Origin: Candidatus Omnitrophota bacterium
Lineage (GTDB): Bacteria > Omnitrophota > Gorgyraeia > Gygaellales > Profunditerraquicolaceae
Direction: 5' to 3'
NCBI GenBank assembly: GCA_041650495.1
Contig: JBAZLB010000004.1
Span: 39,281 to 103,280, forward strand
DNA length: 64,000 nt
In this document: positions 44,721 through 55,600 of the stretch, one piece after another
Position numbering within the stretch: position 1 is the first letter of the stretch
Layout of the letters: each line of letters begins with the position of its first letter
Program-made: the position numbers and the translations under genes
The notes under the pieces: model-generated
Databases searched by the model: none
Told to the model about the DNA's origin: nothing
The model's input: only the letters and a program-made list of their open reading frames with translations

Positions 44721-46742
44721 TTATTCCAGATTAATATATTTGGTTTCCACTTTAAAAGGCCTAAAAGGCCTGCCTCCGCTCTTAAAAAACTTGGAGAAAA
44801 ACTCCACAAACTGCAGCCTCACGGGGTGAACAAAGGCACCCAGGAGATTCATAAAAAAAGCAACCGTATGCCCCAGGATAAAAACAGACAAGATGATCGC
44901 AGCCCCCAGCACAACCCGTACTGAATTTATGCGCCCAAGGAAGGCAAAGGTAGAAAAGAATATCGCGCTAAACTGCACGCTGATAAGGTTAATAGTATTG
45001 GCCATAACCCCTGTGACCAGTCCCAGCGCCCAGAGACGGCTGTAAGAGAGGACGTCGCTGAGATAACCGGACAGGCCGCTGTAAAGACTATAGGCGCCGA
45101 AGAAAAGTTTCGCCCCTAAGCCATTTTCCGAGCGGCCCTGGGTTAAAACCAAGGAGACTGAACCGGCCAACGCCAAATATTTAAATAAGGCGGCGTTGCG
45201 CGCATCCCCTAATTTCAAGAATATCAACCCCAGACCGGTCAGGCCGGATAAAAAGACAAGTGTGACAATCTGGTCTAAAACTATGGCCAGGTAACGTTTA
45301 TTCTTAAAGTTTCCTATCGCCGCCACGATATTGCCGAACCATACCTGAAATATGCCCAAACAAAGCGCAACCCCCAGGAGCCTGGTCGGCTGCTTTAAGG
45401 GGTCCAGTATAACCAGGGAATCCTTAAGGCGTTTAATAGAAAACATAAACTTATTGTTTTGGCTGGCCATATCCAGCAGGTTACCGAACCAGCTTCCGGT
45501 AAGGGCGCCTGCTATTACCGTAGATATGCCGCAGAACAAAAACAGCCTGAAAAACCTCACCCCCTGCGGCCCGAGATGGATTTTTTTCAGCACAAAGAAA
45601 CACATAAGGATAATAAGCAGGCCGTAGCCGGCATCCGATACGCAGAAGCCGAAATACACAAAAAAGAAGGGGGCGAGAAAAGGGGTAGGGTCCAATTCAT
45701 TATATTTAGGCAACCCGTATATCTTGGTGATAAACTCAAACGGTTGTATTAAAAAATTATTCTCCAGGGCAACCGGTATCTCATCCGGCCCTTCTACAGG
45801 TTCAGTGATAAATAAAACGATGCCCTCAAAACCGCTGACTGCTTTCTCTAAAATCGCGATGTCCCTGGCTTTGATCCATCCAGCCAGGCTAAAAGTAAAC
45901 TGCTGTTTGGCCAAATGCCCGTCTGCCTGGCGTATCCCCCGGATATTGGCCAGATAATCATAAATAAGGGCGAGTTTAAACTGTTCCTGTGCCAAACCCT
46001 TTATTTTATATTTTATATTCTCCGCTTCATCATCGGCAATAAGGACTGCGAAATTTATCTCCAGGAGCCTGTCTCTTACAGCCTGATTGTGACGGGGCAG
46101 GGTAACAAAATTAAAATGATGACCTTTAAACACAGCCTCCAGTTGCTCAAAATCCTGCTTAAGGTATATGACTGAAAGAAAGATACTGGCCTGATCTTGA
46201 TGGACGATGTCTGAAAAAAAAGCGATTTCCTTTTGCCGGCATTCCTCCTCTAATGCCGTGTAACCTCCTGTATTCAATACCCCTAGAAAAACACCGCAAT
46301 TATGCGTGGCCTTAACCTGATCCAGGGAAAGAGATAACTTACGCCAGGGCGAAAGCAGCTGCCTTTCCTGGATTAATTTCTCCTTATGCTGATGGAGTTC
46401 CCTCAAATGGCTGCGTAATTCAGAAATCCCCTGTAATAATTTTACATAATCAAAATTGTCCAGGACGCCCTTCAGCTGCTCGTTGTACACCAGGGGCTTG
46501 AATTTAACCATACCCTCCCAGAACCCGGACTTTTCTTTGAAGCTGTTTAAATAGGAAATAGCCTCTTCAATTTCCAGGAGATTTATTTCCTTCTCATCCG
46601 GCGCCTGTATCTGGATCCCCGGGCCTTGGGCAGAGGAAGAAATAAGCTCTACCATTTCTAATTTCTGCAGGCAGGCTAAGAGCCTCTCCTTATCTTGCTT
46701 TAAACCCAAAATCTCTACCTTATTTATCCTGGCAACGCCCAT
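44721..46742 (-). CDS. atpI: A/V-type ATP synthase subunit I (a-subunit, membrane stator)
   Basis: 673 aa. A hydrophilic N-terminal half is followed by a multi-TM C-terminal half with conserved Arg-containing helices. Confidence 0.85.
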   Translation of the reverse strand: MGVARINKVEILGLKQDKERLLACLQKLEMVELISSSAQGPGIQIQAPDEKEINLLEIEEAISYLNSFKEKSGFWEGMVKFKPLVYNEQLKGVLDNFDYVKLLQGISELRSHLRELHQHKEKLIQERQLLSPWRKLSLSLDQVKATHNCGVFLGVLNTGGYTALEEECRQKEIAFFSDIVHQDQASIFLSVIYLKQDFEQLEAVFKGHHFNFVTLPRHNQAVRDRLLEINFAVLIADDEAENIKYKIKGLAQEQFKLALIYDYLANIRGIRQADGHLAKQQFTFSLAGWIKARDIAILEKAVSGFEGIVLFITEPVEGPDEIPVALENNFLIQPFEFITKIYGLPKYNELDPTPFLAPFFFVYFGFCVSDAGYGLLIILMCFFVLKKIHLGPQGVRFFRLFLFCGISTVIAGALTGSWFGNLLDMASQNNKFMFSIKRLKDSLVILDPLKQPTRLLGVALCLGIFQVWFGNIVAAIGNFKNKRYLAIVLDQIVTLVFLSGLTGLGLIFLKLGDARNAALFKYLALAGSVSLVLTQGRSENGLGAKLFFGAYSLYSGLSGYLSDVLSYSRLWALGLVTGVMANTINLISVQFSAIFFSTFAFLGRINSVRVVLGAAIILSVFILGHTVAFFMNLLGAFVHPVRLQFVEFFSKFFKSGGRPFRPFKVETKYINLE

Positions 46743-46751
46743 AGCACCCCA

Positions 46752-47069
46752 TTAATCCTGGCCGATTTTACCCCTGATAAATTCTAGCGCCTCTTCCATC
46801 TTAAGGAGCGATTTCTCCTCTAACGCCGCTATATCTTTTTGGCCCTGCCCTTCAATCAAAGACACCTCTTGATTGGTTTCATTGTCTATACGAGCTTTCA
46901 TTTTCTGCGCTTCTGTCCTTGCTTCTTCAGCGCGCTTTTTGATAATGCGTTCCTTCTCTGCCGTAGCCTGAGCTATGATACCCTGCGCCTGCCTTTGGGC
47001 CTCCTCTACTATTTGCTTTGCCCTGGCTTCTGCCGACTGAATTTCACCTAATGCCGCCTTCGCGTCCAT
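46752..47069 (-). CDS. atpH: A/V-type ATP synthase subunit H/G-like (small coiled-coil stalk protein)
   Basis: 105 aa, entirely charged coiled coil (AEARAKQIVEEAQRQAQGIIAQATAEKERIIKKRAEEARTEAQ). It is the first gene of the ATPase operon and starts 5 nt after the pyrF stop. Confidence 0.6.
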   Translation of the reverse strand: MDAKAALGEIQSAEARAKQIVEEAQRQAQGIIAQATAEKERIIKKRAEEARTEAQKMKARIDNETNQEVSLIEGQGQKDIAALEEKSLLKMEEALEFIRGKIGQD

Positions 47070-47073
47070 AGTC

Positions 47074-47742
47074 TTACCTAAAACCCCTTAATGCATCAAG
47101 CGGATGAGCGGCTTCTAATATGGGCCTGCCCACCACCAGAAAATCGCTTCCTGCCTTTACGGCATCCCTGGCCGTGGCATGCCTCTTCTGATCATCCTTA
47201 GCGCAAACACGCGGCCTGATACCCGGAGTAACAATAAGAAATCTTTTATTCTTTATGCGCTTTCTTAAAAACGCCGCTTCCTTTACTGAACATACTATTC
47301 CGTCTAAGCCGCACCCCAGGCCTTTTTTTGCCAGCGCTAAAACCTCTTCCCGTTTCGCCTCTTTGCTGGTTAAGACCGTAACCCCGATCAATAACGGCCT
47401 TTGAGTATGGGCCTTTGCCGCCTCCTCTTTCCCTGCCTCAACCGCAGCCTTAAGCATCTCTTGCCCTCCCAAGATATGGAGCGTAAGCATCTTTACCCTC
47501 TGCCTTAATGCCATACGCACAGCCTGGGCTGTAGTGTTAGGTATATCAAAGAATTTCAAATCCAAGAACACCTCAGCGCCTTTCTGGCGCACCATTTCAA
47601 TAGCCTTGGGGCCACAGGCGGTAAAAAGTTGAGGGCCGATCTTGAAGACCTTTACCCGGGGATAAAGCTTATCCAGGAAATACCTGGCCTTCTTGAGGTT
47701 ATCCACATCTAAGGCAAGGATTATTTCTGTTTTGCGTTTCAT
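47074..47742 (-). CDS. pyrF: Orotidine 5-prime-phosphate decarboxylase
   Basis: 222 aa. IILALDVDN...KVFKIGPQLF (catalytic D-x-K-x-x-D region) and C-terminal PGIRP...VVGRPI. Confidence 0.85.
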   Translation of the reverse strand: MKRKTEIILALDVDNLKKARYFLDKLYPRVKVFKIGPQLFTACGPKAIEMVRQKGAEVFLDLKFFDIPNTTAQAVRMALRQRVKMLTLHILGGQEMLKAAVEAGKEEAAKAHTQRPLLIGVTVLTSKEAKREEVLALAKKGLGCGLDGIVCSVKEAAFLRKRIKNKRFLIVTPGIRPRVCAKDDQKRHATARDAVKAGSDFLVVGRPILEAAHPLDALRGFR

Positions 47743-48695
47743 ATCTTCAGGCTGCCTGTAATCCTTTTGATATCGTTTATCTTATTCTTCATTAAATACC
47801 TCCTGATGCCATGAATGATCTCCCTGGTAACCGCAGGGTTAATAAAATTAGCCGTGCCGACACTTACAGCAGAGGCTCCTGCGATAATGAATTCCATGGC
47901 GCTGGAAGTATCCATTATACCACCCATGCCGATAATGGGAATCGTAATATTACGGTATACCTCCCAGACCGCCCTGATTGCCAGGGGCCTGATCGCAGGT
48001 CCGCTTAAGCCGGCGGTTACCGCGGCCACCCGCGGCCTCCTTTTTTCTACATCTATACTCATACCGATAAACGTATTCACCAGTGACACCGCATCGCTCC
48101 CGCCTGCCTCAGCTGCCAGGGCGATCTCGGAAATAGAGGTAACATTCGGGGAGAGTTTGGTAATAATAGTTTTACCGGTTTCCCTGCGCACTGCCTTAAC
48201 CAAATTATAGGTTGCCTCAATATCCTGGGATATCAAGCCGCAGCCTCCCCTGTCTATCACCGAAAATCCGTCTGCCGAATTACGCCTCCTGATATTGGGG
48301 CAGGATATATTCAATTCTATTGCCATTACTTCCTTTATTGTATCCAGCCTCCTGGCCAAGGCCATAAATTCAGCCGGGTCATCTTCTGAAGCAATACTGA
48401 CAATAATAGGGATACCTAACCCGCACAAGAAGGGAATTTTCTGAGAGATAAAGTTATCAATCCCGGGGTTTTCTAAACCAATGGAGTTAAGCAGGCCTGC
48501 CGGGGTCTCGCAGGTCCGGGGCGCAGGATTGCCTTTCCTGGGGTTTAAGGTTATGGTTTTAGTCACTATGGCCCCCAGCTCTTTAAGATTCATAAAATCC
48601 CGGTATTCATCGCCATAGCCGAAAGTGCCGGAGGCAACCATGACCGGATTTTTCAGGATGAGTTTTCCTATCTTTACGCTGAGCCTAAGCGCCAT
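47739..48695 (-). CDS. pyrD: Dihydroorotate dehydrogenase catalytic subunit (class 1B)
   Basis: 318 aa. KNPVMVASGTFGYG, GAIVTKTITL, ELNISCPN (catalytic Cys), GGI...DA.EFIIAGASAV. It is paired with pyrK in the window. Confidence 0.85.
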   Translation of the reverse strand: MALRLSVKIGKLILKNPVMVASGTFGYGDEYRDFMNLKELGAIVTKTITLNPRKGNPAPRTCETPAGLLNSIGLENPGIDNFISQKIPFLCGLGIPIIVSIASEDDPAEFMALARRLDTIKEVMAIELNISCPNIRRRNSADGFSVIDRGGCGLISQDIEATYNLVKAVRRETGKTIITKLSPNVTSISEIALAAEAGGSDAVSLVNTFIGMSIDVEKRRPRVAAVTAGLSGPAIRPLAIRAVWEVYRNITIPIIGMGGIMDTSSAMEFIIAGASAVSVGTANFINPAVTREIIHGIRRYLMKNKINDIKRITGSLKI

Positions 48696-48708
48696 ATGAC
48701 CCTTCTGT

Positions 48709-49074
48709 TTATTTTGCCAGTATCATCTGCATGGAAACAACGAGTAAAAAAACCCCGAACAGCTTTTTTAGGATAGGCCCGGGGACATTCTGCACGAGGT
48801 GCGCGCCAACTAAGCCACCTGCGATAAATCCGAGGCAGATAAAACCGGCTGCCCCCAGTTTCACATTCCCGCTATAATAATAACGCAGCGCCGCCAATAA
48901 GCCTATGGGAGGCACCATTGCTGCCAGGGTTGTCCCCTGGGCCTGGTGCTGAGTGAGGCCGCATAAATATACCAGCGCCGGTACTAAAATAGCGCCGCCT
49001 CCGATGCCAAACATCCCGCCAAGAATACCGGCGGATAAACCTATAATAACATATAACCATGGGCCCATCTTCAC
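48709..49074 (-). CDS. TauE/SafE-family (DUF81) membrane protein, short form
   Basis: 121 aa with 4 TM helices. GMFGIGGGAILVPALVY is the TauE/SafE signature. It is about half the usual length, possibly one half of a split duplication. Confidence 0.5.
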   Translation of the reverse strand: MKMGPWLYVIIGLSAGILGGMFGIGGGAILVPALVYLCGLTQHQAQGTTLAAMVPPIGLLAALRYYYSGNVKLGAAGFICLGFIAGGLVGAHLVQNVPGPILKKLFGVFLLVVSMQMILAK

Positions 49075-49115
49075 CCCCTCCTAAAAATAATAAAAGCTTA
49101 AGCCGTAAAAACAAG

Positions 49116-50267
49116 TTAAAAACTAGGCTCAATACAAAGTATCTTGTATTTGGAAAATTCTTTCAATCCGCCCTTGATAAAACTGAGGTTAGTCAGGTAT
49201 TTCATCTTAAACCAAACCCAGAATTTGTCTTTAGGCTCCATGCCGAAATTCCATCTCACATATTGATACGCAAAATAAGAAAACGCCCCCAGGGACAAGA
49301 GGTTAAAAATCATTATTCCTGTGCCGGAAACAAAAAAATTCACCGCAACACCCGCAAGAAAAAGCAGGGCAAAAAAATGCATCAGATGAAAGTTGCCTAT
49401 ATAGACAAAGCCCCTGATAGGAAAAGGCAGAATAAAAGAAGGCGTTGCTTTTAAAAACTGCAATATTACCTCTAGCCCCCTTTTCCGCACATACTTATCA
49501 ATCAAGGGCAGATGGGCCTGCCCATAGCTCACCCAGACCTTAAGCAGGGCCTTTAAGTCTGCCCGGTGCATATGGTCCACCTTGGCCCGGGGGGCAAAAT
49601 AAAACTTAAAGCCGCGGCTACGGTGTTGATAACTTAAATCCATATCCTCCCCCGTCGGCCGTTCCCAGAACCTTGCGCCTATATCCTGCATAGCGCTCCT
49701 GCGGTAAGCGACATTACAGGTGCCGAAGAAATATGCCTTGTGCCCGCCTATATCTGAGGGGCGCGGGTCTTTCGGAAAATCCGGATAATAGCCTTCCCGG
49801 ATAAACCCATAGCGGGGAGAAACCATATTAAAACGGAAGTGTTCACACCAGGCCTCCACTAAATTATCCGGGTCAACCTTTAAGGTAAAAACTTCCCCCC
49901 CTACCGCAGCTATCCTGGGCTCATCCTGGAAGTGCCTGAGCATCTCTGTTATCCATCCCCTGCAGGGCGCGCAATCAGCGTCAGTGAAAAAAAGATACTC
50001 CCCTTCAACCGCCTCCAGCGCTTTATTACGGGCATAACCCGGAGAAGGACAATCAGGTATCTCTACTAGTTTAATAAAACGGTATTTTTTCTGCCAGTTT
50101 CTTATAATCTCAACAGTCCTGTCGTTGGAGCCTCCGTCAGCAATTACCCATTCCCAGGAGTCATGCGGATAGTCTACCTGCAATAAATATTCAAATGTCT
50201 TTTCGATAGTGCGCTCAAAATTTTTCACCGGGATAATCACGGATACTAAAGGCATACTGCCCATCAT
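49116..50267 (-). CDS. Glycosyltransferase family 2 with C-terminal TM helices
   Basis: VSVIIPVKNFERTIEK..., ADGGSNDRT, FFTDADC (DxD). The C-terminal ~100 aa are hydrophobic. Confidence 0.7.
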   Translation of the reverse strand: MMGSMPLVSVIIPVKNFERTIEKTFEYLLQVDYPHDSWEWVIADGGSNDRTVEIIRNWQKKYRFIKLVEIPDCPSPGYARNKALEAVEGEYLFFTDADCAPCRGWITEMLRHFQDEPRIAAVGGEVFTLKVDPDNLVEAWCEHFRFNMVSPRYGFIREGYYPDFPKDPRPSDIGGHKAYFFGTCNVAYRRSAMQDIGARFWERPTGEDMDLSYQHRSRGFKFYFAPRAKVDHMHRADLKALLKVWVSYGQAHLPLIDKYVRKRGLEVILQFLKATPSFILPFPIRGFVYIGNFHLMHFFALLFLAGVAVNFFVSGTGIMIFNLLSLGAFSYFAYQYVRWNFGMEPKDKFWVWFKMKYLTNLSFIKGGLKEFSKYKILCIEPSF

Positions 50268-50292
50268 TACCTCCTGTAAATAATCATCCTCA

Positions 50293-51105
50293 TCAATCCC
50301 AGATTATCTCTCCTGCCTTGAATACCGGGCCCTCTTTACAGGCCCTCTTTAAACCCTGGGTTGTTGCTACCGCGCACCCCATACAGGCGCCTATCCCGCA
50401 GGCCATATGCCTTTCCAAGGATATCTGAGCCGGTATGCGGTAAACCCGGCAAAGCCCGCTGACCGCCTCCAGCATAGGGCGCGGGCCGCAACTGTAAACC
50501 GCAAGCGGCATAAACCTGCCCTTGCCCCTGATTGATTTTCCACGGGATAAAATACGCTTTAATAAATCCGTGGCCCTACCTTTAAATCCTTTTGAGCCGT
50601 TATCCGTGGCTATATTGACCTTACAACCTAATGCCCGAAATTCCTTTTCGCAAAGGACTTGTTTTTTGTTCCTGGCCCCTATTAATACCAACGGCCTCTC
50701 TGATACCCCCGGACAGTTAACCAGCCTTTCTGCGAGGAATAATAAAGGAGCGGCCCCCATGCCGCCTGCCACCAAAACAGAGACACAAGGCCCAGACCCC
50801 TGGGGGCTGAAATCAAAGCCTTTGCCTAAGGGGCCGATAATATCTAAATATTCACCGCATCGTCTGCGGGATAAAATTTCAGTACCCCTGCCTACTACTT
50901 CATAGAGAACTTTTATTACTGAGCCATTTATTTGATGTATACTAAAAGGCCTTCTTAAAAACGGGGTGTTATCTGGGCCTATTTTTATTTCCAGAAATTG
51001 ACCGGGAGAGGCGCTTCTGGCAATAGGAGAAGATCTCACTTCCAGGCAATAGCATTTGTCTGTAACCTGCTTATTATCAATTATTTTTGTTTCTGTCTGA
51101 ATCAT
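50293..51105 (-). CDS. pyrK: Dihydroorotate dehydrogenase electron-transfer subunit (FAD plus 2Fe-2S)
   Basis: FNR-like fold (RPFSI...), C-terminal cluster ligands MACGIGACMGCAV. The start is set at the internal Met (MIQTETK...) to avoid a 77-nt overlap with the upstream gene. The track ORF extends to 51153. Confidence 0.75.
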   Translation of the reverse strand: MIQTETKIIDNKQVTDKCYCLEVRSSPIARSASPGQFLEIKIGPDNTPFLRRPFSIHQINGSVIKVLYEVVGRGTEILSRRRCGEYLDIIGPLGKGFDFSPQGSGPCVSVLVAGGMGAAPLLFLAERLVNCPGVSERPLVLIGARNKKQVLCEKEFRALGCKVNIATDNGSKGFKGRATDLLKRILSRGKSIRGKGRFMPLAVYSCGPRPMLEAVSGLCRVYRIPAQISLERHMACGIGACMGCAVATTQGLKRACKEGPVFKAGEIIWD

Positions 51106-51790
51106 TTTTATATAAATACTTTGTCCGTCTGATGAGATAAATAACCAGGACAATAAATAATAACAGTACGCCGATTATTGCCGCCGCTTCATGCAGATAA
51201 ACCCTAAGGCCTGTATTAAGGCTGCTTGAGGACCTTAAAAAGAAAACAATAAAAAGCACGGCAAATATTGAGCCGATTTCCTTTTTGATCCAAGGCAGCT
51301 GAATAGGCAGGTATTCCCCGATATTTTTAGACAATAGCACCTGCCAAGAAGGCAGCATCCGATGCACCCTGGACTCATATTGACGGTATTCCTGCGGGAA
51401 TATTTTCCTCAATTTCTTTTCCTCTTCAAAAGTAAGCGGGAGGTAGCGCAAAACGAAAATAATCATCAATACGGCTGCGACCCATAATTTAAAAAGTACC
51501 AAGGTGATCCCTGAACCGATCAAAAATATACCTAAATACATGGGGTTACGCACCAGGAGATAAGGCCCTCCCACAATCAGGAGGCTGCCTTCGCGGGAGT
51601 GTTGAGCCTTGTAACCGCGCGCAGAGACCCGCAGTACCTGGCCTAAAAGGATCAGGGAAATACCGAATATTTTCAGTATTTCTGCCGGCCAACCCCAAGA
51701 ATTAACGCGTATAAACACGCGGGGGAAGAAGACAACCAACAAAACAGTTACACTGATCAGGATCCCGTTTATCTTCAGGCGCACTTTCAT
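51077..51790 (-). CDS. Isoprenylcysteine carboxyl methyltransferase (ICMT)/phospholipid methyltransferase-family membrane protein
   Basis: 237 aa, multi-TM. VRNPMYLGIFLIGSGITLV matches the ICMT/PEMT family core motif. Confidence 0.55.
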   Translation of the reverse strand: MKVRLKINGILISVTVLLVVFFPRVFIRVNSWGWPAEILKIFGISLILLGQVLRVSARGYKAQHSREGSLLIVGGPYLLVRNPMYLGIFLIGSGITLVLFKLWVAAVLMIIFVLRYLPLTFEEEKKLRKIFPQEYRQYESRVHRMLPSWQVLLSKNIGEYLPIQLPWIKKEIGSIFAVLFIVFFLRSSSSLNTGLRVYLHEAAAIIGVLLLFIVLVIYLIRRTKYLYKNDSDRNKNN

Positions 51791-51797
51791 TATATTC

Positions 51798-52598
51798 CTA
51801 TTTCTGGCAAAGGGGGCAAAAATAAGTGCCCCGGCCGGCCAGAGAGGACCGTTGTATTATAGAGCCGCAGGCAAAGCAAGGTTTACCCTCTCTGCCATAA
51901 ACCTTATGATACCGCAGGTAATCTCCTGGCCCGCCGCTTAAGCGCACATACTGGTCAATCGATGAGCCTTTATGCGCTATGGCTTCCTTCAAGGTAGCCT
52001 TGATGTTGCGAAAGAGGCTTGTTTTTTCTTTATCGCTTAAACTCGAGCCCGCCCGCCAGGGGTTGATCCTTGCCCGGAATAAAATCTCTGCGGCATAAAG
52101 ATTCCCTATGCCAGAGATAAATGACTGGTCCATTAACAGAGACTTTATTTTACTCTTTTTACCGGCCAACATACCTTTAAACTCATTTAAGGTCAAATCA
52201 AAAGGCTCAGGACCCAGCCTCTGGATGAACCTTAAATTGCGCCAGTCATCTAAGAGCCTTAGTTCCGCAAAAAGGCGCTGGTCATTAAAATCCAGGACCC
52301 TGCCGCCGGATAGAAGAAAACTTACCCTGCTCTTTCTACCGTCCCCGGGATAAACCAGCTGCCCGGTCATCTTCAGATGAATCACCAGGGATTTGCCGTT
52401 AGATAGCTCCAGTATTAACACCTTGGCCTTGCGCAGTATGCGCTGAAAAGTTGCGCCCTCCAGGCCTTTCCTAAACTTATCAGGGGTGATCCCCCGCACC
52501 ACCGCAGGATGATGGATAGAGACCTTGATTATTTTCCTGCCCGGCAGTGTTTTTTCTAATTCCCTTTTTATCGTCTCGACTTCCGGTAGTTCAGGCAT
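51798..52598 (-). CDS. mutM: Formamidopyrimidine-DNA glycosylase
   Basis: N-terminal MPELPEVETIKRELEK (catalytic Pro2/Glu3), C-terminal zinc finger CFACGSIIQRSSLAGRGTYFCPLCQ. 266 aa. Confidence 0.9.
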   Translation of the reverse strand: MPELPEVETIKRELEKTLPGRKIIKVSIHHPAVVRGITPDKFRKGLEGATFQRILRKAKVLILELSNGKSLVIHLKMTGQLVYPGDGRKSRVSFLLSGGRVLDFNDQRLFAELRLLDDWRNLRFIQRLGPEPFDLTLNEFKGMLAGKKSKIKSLLMDQSFISGIGNLYAAEILFRARINPWRAGSSLSDKEKTSLFRNIKATLKEAIAHKGSSIDQYVRLSGGPGDYLRYHKVYGREGKPCFACGSIIQRSSLAGRGTYFCPLCQK

Positions 52599-52615
52599 AT
52601 CTTATTTAAAAACGG

Positions 52616-55600
52616 CTATTTACGGTTAGGTTTATCTTTTCGGCCTTGCTTTTTGTGCCTTGATCTTAACCTTGGCCGAAGGGCCCCTCTCGCCCGCTGC
52701 GTAGTTTTATGGTATTCTTGCAGAGACTTGACCCCCAAATCTTCCTTAATCAAAACCTCAATGCCGTTTACAGTGGCCTGCGCTCCGGCGATAGTAGTAG
52801 TGTAAGGTATGTTGTACAATATGACCTGGGAGCGGATTTTTATCTCATCCTGACGCGGTATCCTGCCGGTAGGGGTATTGATTACCAGCTGGATCTTGCC
52901 GTCTTTCATCAAGTCTATTATATTGGGCCTGCCTTCGGCGATCTTCGGCAAGACCTTTACCTGAATCCTGCTCTTCTGTAGGCTAGCGGCGGTACCTGAG
53001 GTGGCATAAACATGAAACCCTAGGTCCTTTAGTTTTTTGGCGATAAAGACTACTGCGGCCTTATCCCGGTCGCGCACAGAAATAAAAACATTTCCTTTAC
53101 GGGGCAGGTTTTGACCGGCAGCAATCTGGCTTTTTATGTAGGCCCGGGCAAAGTCCTTATCAATACCCATAACCTCTCCGGTAGATTTCATTTCCGGGCC
53201 CAGGATTATATCCACCCCCGGAAAGCGGTTAAAGGGAAAGACTGACTCCTTGACCGCAACGTGTTTGGGTATAATCTCCTGGGTAAAACCTAAGTCCTTT
53301 AGTTTCTCACCCAGCATAATTTTAGTAGCCAGTTTCGCCAGTTGCACGCCTATTACCTTTGAAACAAAAGGCACTGTGCGGGAGGCCCTGGGGTTTACCT
53401 CCAGCACATAGACCTTGCCGTCTTTTACCGCATACTGCACATTCATTAAGCCTGCCACGTTTAACTCGCGGGCCATTTTGTAAGTCGCCCCCCGTATTTC
53501 ATTGAGAATATCCGCGGACAGGGTGTAGGTAGGCAAGGCCATGGCTGAGTCTCCGGAATGAATGCCCGCCTCTTCAATATGCTCCATGATACCTCCGATT
53601 ACAAAGGATTCCCCGTCACCTATTAAGTCCACATCCACCTCAATAGCATCCTCCAGGAACTTATCTATAAGTATGGGGTGATCCCCTGAAACACTGGCTG
53701 CCTCGGTAATGAACTTTTCAAGCGTAGTTTCATCATAGACAATCTCCATCGCCCTGCCACCCAAGACATAGGACGGCCTGACCAGGACGGGGTACCCTAT
53801 TTTTTTTGCCACCTGTTCTGCCTCTTGAAAATTAAAGGCCGTGCCGTTTTCCGGCTGAAACAGGCTTAGTTTATCCAGCATCTGTTTGAAACGCTTCCTG
53901 TCTTCGGCTATATCGATATTATCGGCGCTTGTGCCTAATATAGATACCCCGGCTTTCAACAGAGGCAACGCCAGATTAAGCGGGGTCTGCCCGCCGAATT
54001 GGACAATGACACCTATGGGCTTTTCCACCTCAATTATATTCATGATGTCTTCCATGGTCAGCGGCTCAAAATAAAGCCTATCCGAAGTATCGTAATCAGT
54101 CGAAACTGTCTCTGGATTACAATTCACCATAATGCTGTCTATGCCTTCTTCCTTCAAGGCATAGGCGGCGTGGCAACAGCAATAGTCGAACTCAATCCCC
54201 TGGCCGATACGGTTGGGCCCGCCCCCCAAAATAATCACTTTTTTGTTATTGCTTGGCCTGGCCTCCTGGGCGCTTTCATATGTGGAATAGAAATAAGGCT
54301 GTCTGGCATTAAACTCTCCGGCGCAGGTATCCACCAGTTTATACACCGGTTTTAACCCTTTTTTCTTACGTAAGTTACGCACAGCTTCCTCCTTAACACC
54401 CAGCAGATAAGAAAGCTGCCGGTCAGAAAAACCAGCTTCTTTAGCCTCAATGAGCAAATCTGCCGGGATCTTTATTTCTTCTTCTATGTTATGCTCAAAT
54501 TTCTTTATCCGTTCTTCCAATTCAACCAGCTGTTTCATATTGTCGATAAACCAATGGTCTATATGAGAAAGGCCGTATATCTCATCTATAGATAACCCCG
54601 CCTTAAGCCCGTAGCGGATATAAAATATCCTCTCGTCATTAGGAAGGCGTATCTTATCCTTGATTGCCTTCATCAGGCCGTTACTTGGGGCTTTAAGCAT
54701 CTCGTCGGTAATCTTATCTTTGCCGTCTGCGCCAAAACCAAAACGCGCGGTCTCAATAGAACGCAGGCCCTTTTGCAGCGCCTCTTTAAAATTCCTGCCT
54801 ATGGCCATGGCCTCCCCTACGGCTTTCATAGAAGTATTAAGGATGCGCTCGGCCCGGGGAAATTTTTCAAAAGTGAAACGGCAGATTTTAAAAACGCAGT
54901 AATCCACCGTGGGCTCAAAGAAAGAGGTAGTCTTTCCGGTAATCTGATTCATCACCTCAGGTAAGGTCAAGCCCACTGCCAACTTTGTGGCTACCCGGGC
55001 AATGGGAAAACCCGTGGCCTTAGATGCCAGGGCAGAGGAGCGGGAAAGCCGGGGATTTACTTCAATAATGACTATGCCCCCGTCGCGGGGGTTCTGGGCA
55101 AACTGTATATTCGCTCCTCCCCCGGAAATGCCTATCCTGCGGATTATCCTTTTAGATAAATTCACAAAGTTAGTATATTCCTCGCAGGTCAAGGTCTGGG
55201 CAGGGGCTACCACCATACTGTCTCCGGTGTGTACGCCCATGGGGTCAACGTTTTCCATAGAAGTAATCATAATCACATTATCCGCACAATCGCGCATCAC
55301 CTCAAATTCAATCTCCTTCCAGCCCAATACGGACTGCTCAACCAAGATCTGATGCACGGGGCTGGTTTCCAGGCCTTTAGCCAGAGATTTTTCCAATTCT
55401 TCCTTATTATAGACAATCGCCCCTCCGCTTCCGCCCAGGCAATAGGCAGGCCGTAGAATAAGAGGAAAACCTATATCCATGCCAATCTTCATCCCCTGCT
55501 TAAGGCTGTTGGCTATACCGCTTTTAGGCACGCCTACGCCTATTTCCTGCATTGCCTTTTTAAAAAGCTCCCTGTCCTCGGCACAAGATATAGCCTCTAC

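Noticed and set aside
48709-49074. TauE/SafE as a full-length sulfite exporter
   Set aside because: It has only 121 aa and about 4 TM helices, where the family normally has 7-8 TM and about 250 aa. It is called a short-form family member, and no transport function is asserted.
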